Below are positions 62,906-64,000 of a stretch of 64,000 nucleotides of DNA, piece after piece. Each line of letters opens with the position of its first letter. Position 1 is the stretch's first letter. The notes below the pieces were generated by a model that was not told the DNA's origin, did no database searches, and saw only the letters and a program-made list of their open reading frames with translations. The DNA is taken from the NCBI RefSeq assembly GCF_021028975.2, contig NC_059427.1:105834001-105898000 (forward strand), given 5' to 3'. The translations under genes and the position numbers were made by a program. Source of the stretch: Sphaerodactylus townsendi (Eukaryota).

Positions 62906-64000
62906 TTGGTAGCAGACTTTTTTTGCTATTTGTGTGTGTCACTTCCATGATTGAGGTGTTCCCTTAGCTAGATGTAAACACTAAGCCAGCAAGCAATATT
63001 GTTAGTGAGGAGTTTGAAGCAGCAGAGAGAAACTTCTTTTTATGTTATGCTGTGGTTATTCTAGTGTAACTTTGAGCCAAACTGGAAAGTGATCCATGTT
63101 TCTACTGACACAATATAAGTGCATTGGTTTTTCTGACCACACAAAGCAACACTACCCTCTGATAAATTTGTTGAGCACTTTAAAATTTGTTGAGTGTTTT
63201 CGTTCGTAGATTTAGCTATTCAAAATAATCTTTCAAGGCCTTGAAGTATTAGTTGCTTTGGGGTTTTATCTGCTTTATACAGTCATATTGGATACTTCTA
63301 TAGCAAAGTTTGAATGTATGTTAGATGAAAAAAATCCTTTTTGCTAATATGGATGCTCTCTTTACATCTGTCAGATTGCTCTACAATGAAATAGGATGTA
63401 GTATTAAGGATGTTTGGATTCTATACAAGGAGAAACCAAACTCCATCCATGAAGGAATTTTAATCATTAAGTGACAGGTGAGCCCCCACTTGGAACCACA
63501 TTCCTCATCCTGCAATTATAATCCATTAATATTCCATTATACTCTCTTATTAAGTAAAGCTTTCCATCACCAGTTTTTGAGAAGCTTTTGGGGAAAAATT
63601 ATCTTAATAAGAATAACCCATCATGCAAGAAAACCAGAAGACTTCTCATTATCACTTTTTCTGTTTGGGAGTTTATCTCTTTGCAGCTGCCGCTGCTGAA
63701 TTCCACACTGTCTGGTTCTAGAAAATAGAATGTTTTAATGGATGGATTTGAGTGACAAAGGCAAAGAGGGTTCACAAAACAGAGAAGGATTAGAGCCAAT
63801 CAAATAAAGATGCATGATGAGTTAAAGAGTTTCTAGGAGCATTGGCATCTCTGATTGGCATTAACATGCTTTGCCTGCTTCAGGGCCTCTTTAAAACGCC
63901 ATTTGCATTGATGATAATATAATTGACATTGTTCCCCAAAGAGCACTAAGGATTGTGGAAAGCTGTAGCCTCAGGAAAGACATGCATTCAGGGGAGGGTG

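Noticed and set aside
62341-62950. Overlapping 130-175 aa Pro/Arg/Ala-rich ORFs and an apparent promoter CpG island
   Set aside because: Largely confined to a GC-rich MITE with TIRs and TSD. The scarcity of stop codons is compositional.
1-64000. Prokaryote-style systems (operons, CRISPR arrays, defence or recombination systems)
   Set aside because: The sequence is vertebrate non-coding DNA with no gene-dense ORFs and no repeat-spacer array. The tandem repeats at 3377, 55710 and 58020 have no unique spacers.

Overview
This window is vertebrate genomic DNA, not prokaryotic, and almost certainly from a gecko. The evidence is gecko-type Squam3-like tRNA-derived SINEs with (CTT)n tails, a squamate CR1 3' end with a (TTCTTATG)n tail, and BovB and L2 LINE remnants. 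I found no convincing protein-coding exon, intact RNA gene or CRISPR array. The ORFs in the track appear to be chance ORFs or fragments of decayed retroelements, so this is probably a large intron or gene desert. It contains three sized N-gaps and is densely filled with transposable elements. These include at least seven hAT-type MITEs with 8-bp target-site duplications (TSDs) that I could read directly, a family of CpG-rich GG-terminal MITEs with 3-bp TSDs (PIF/Harbinger-like), a Tc/mariner-type MITE with TA TSD, three candidate solo LTRs, two long L2 remnants, one BovB, one RTE-X-like relic and a 5S-derived SINE fragment. Several elements are nested, up to three layers deep. The most notable unexplained signals are two short non-adjacent duplications of apparently unique sequence (80 bp at 2.1 kb spacing and 38 bp at 1.1 kb spacing), two long hairpins inside MITEs, a CpG-intact L2 with many frameshifts (probably long-read gap-fill error), and a possible DIRS/Ngaro relic. 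I cannot support a novel biological system from this sequence alone. Family names come from motif recall, not database searches.
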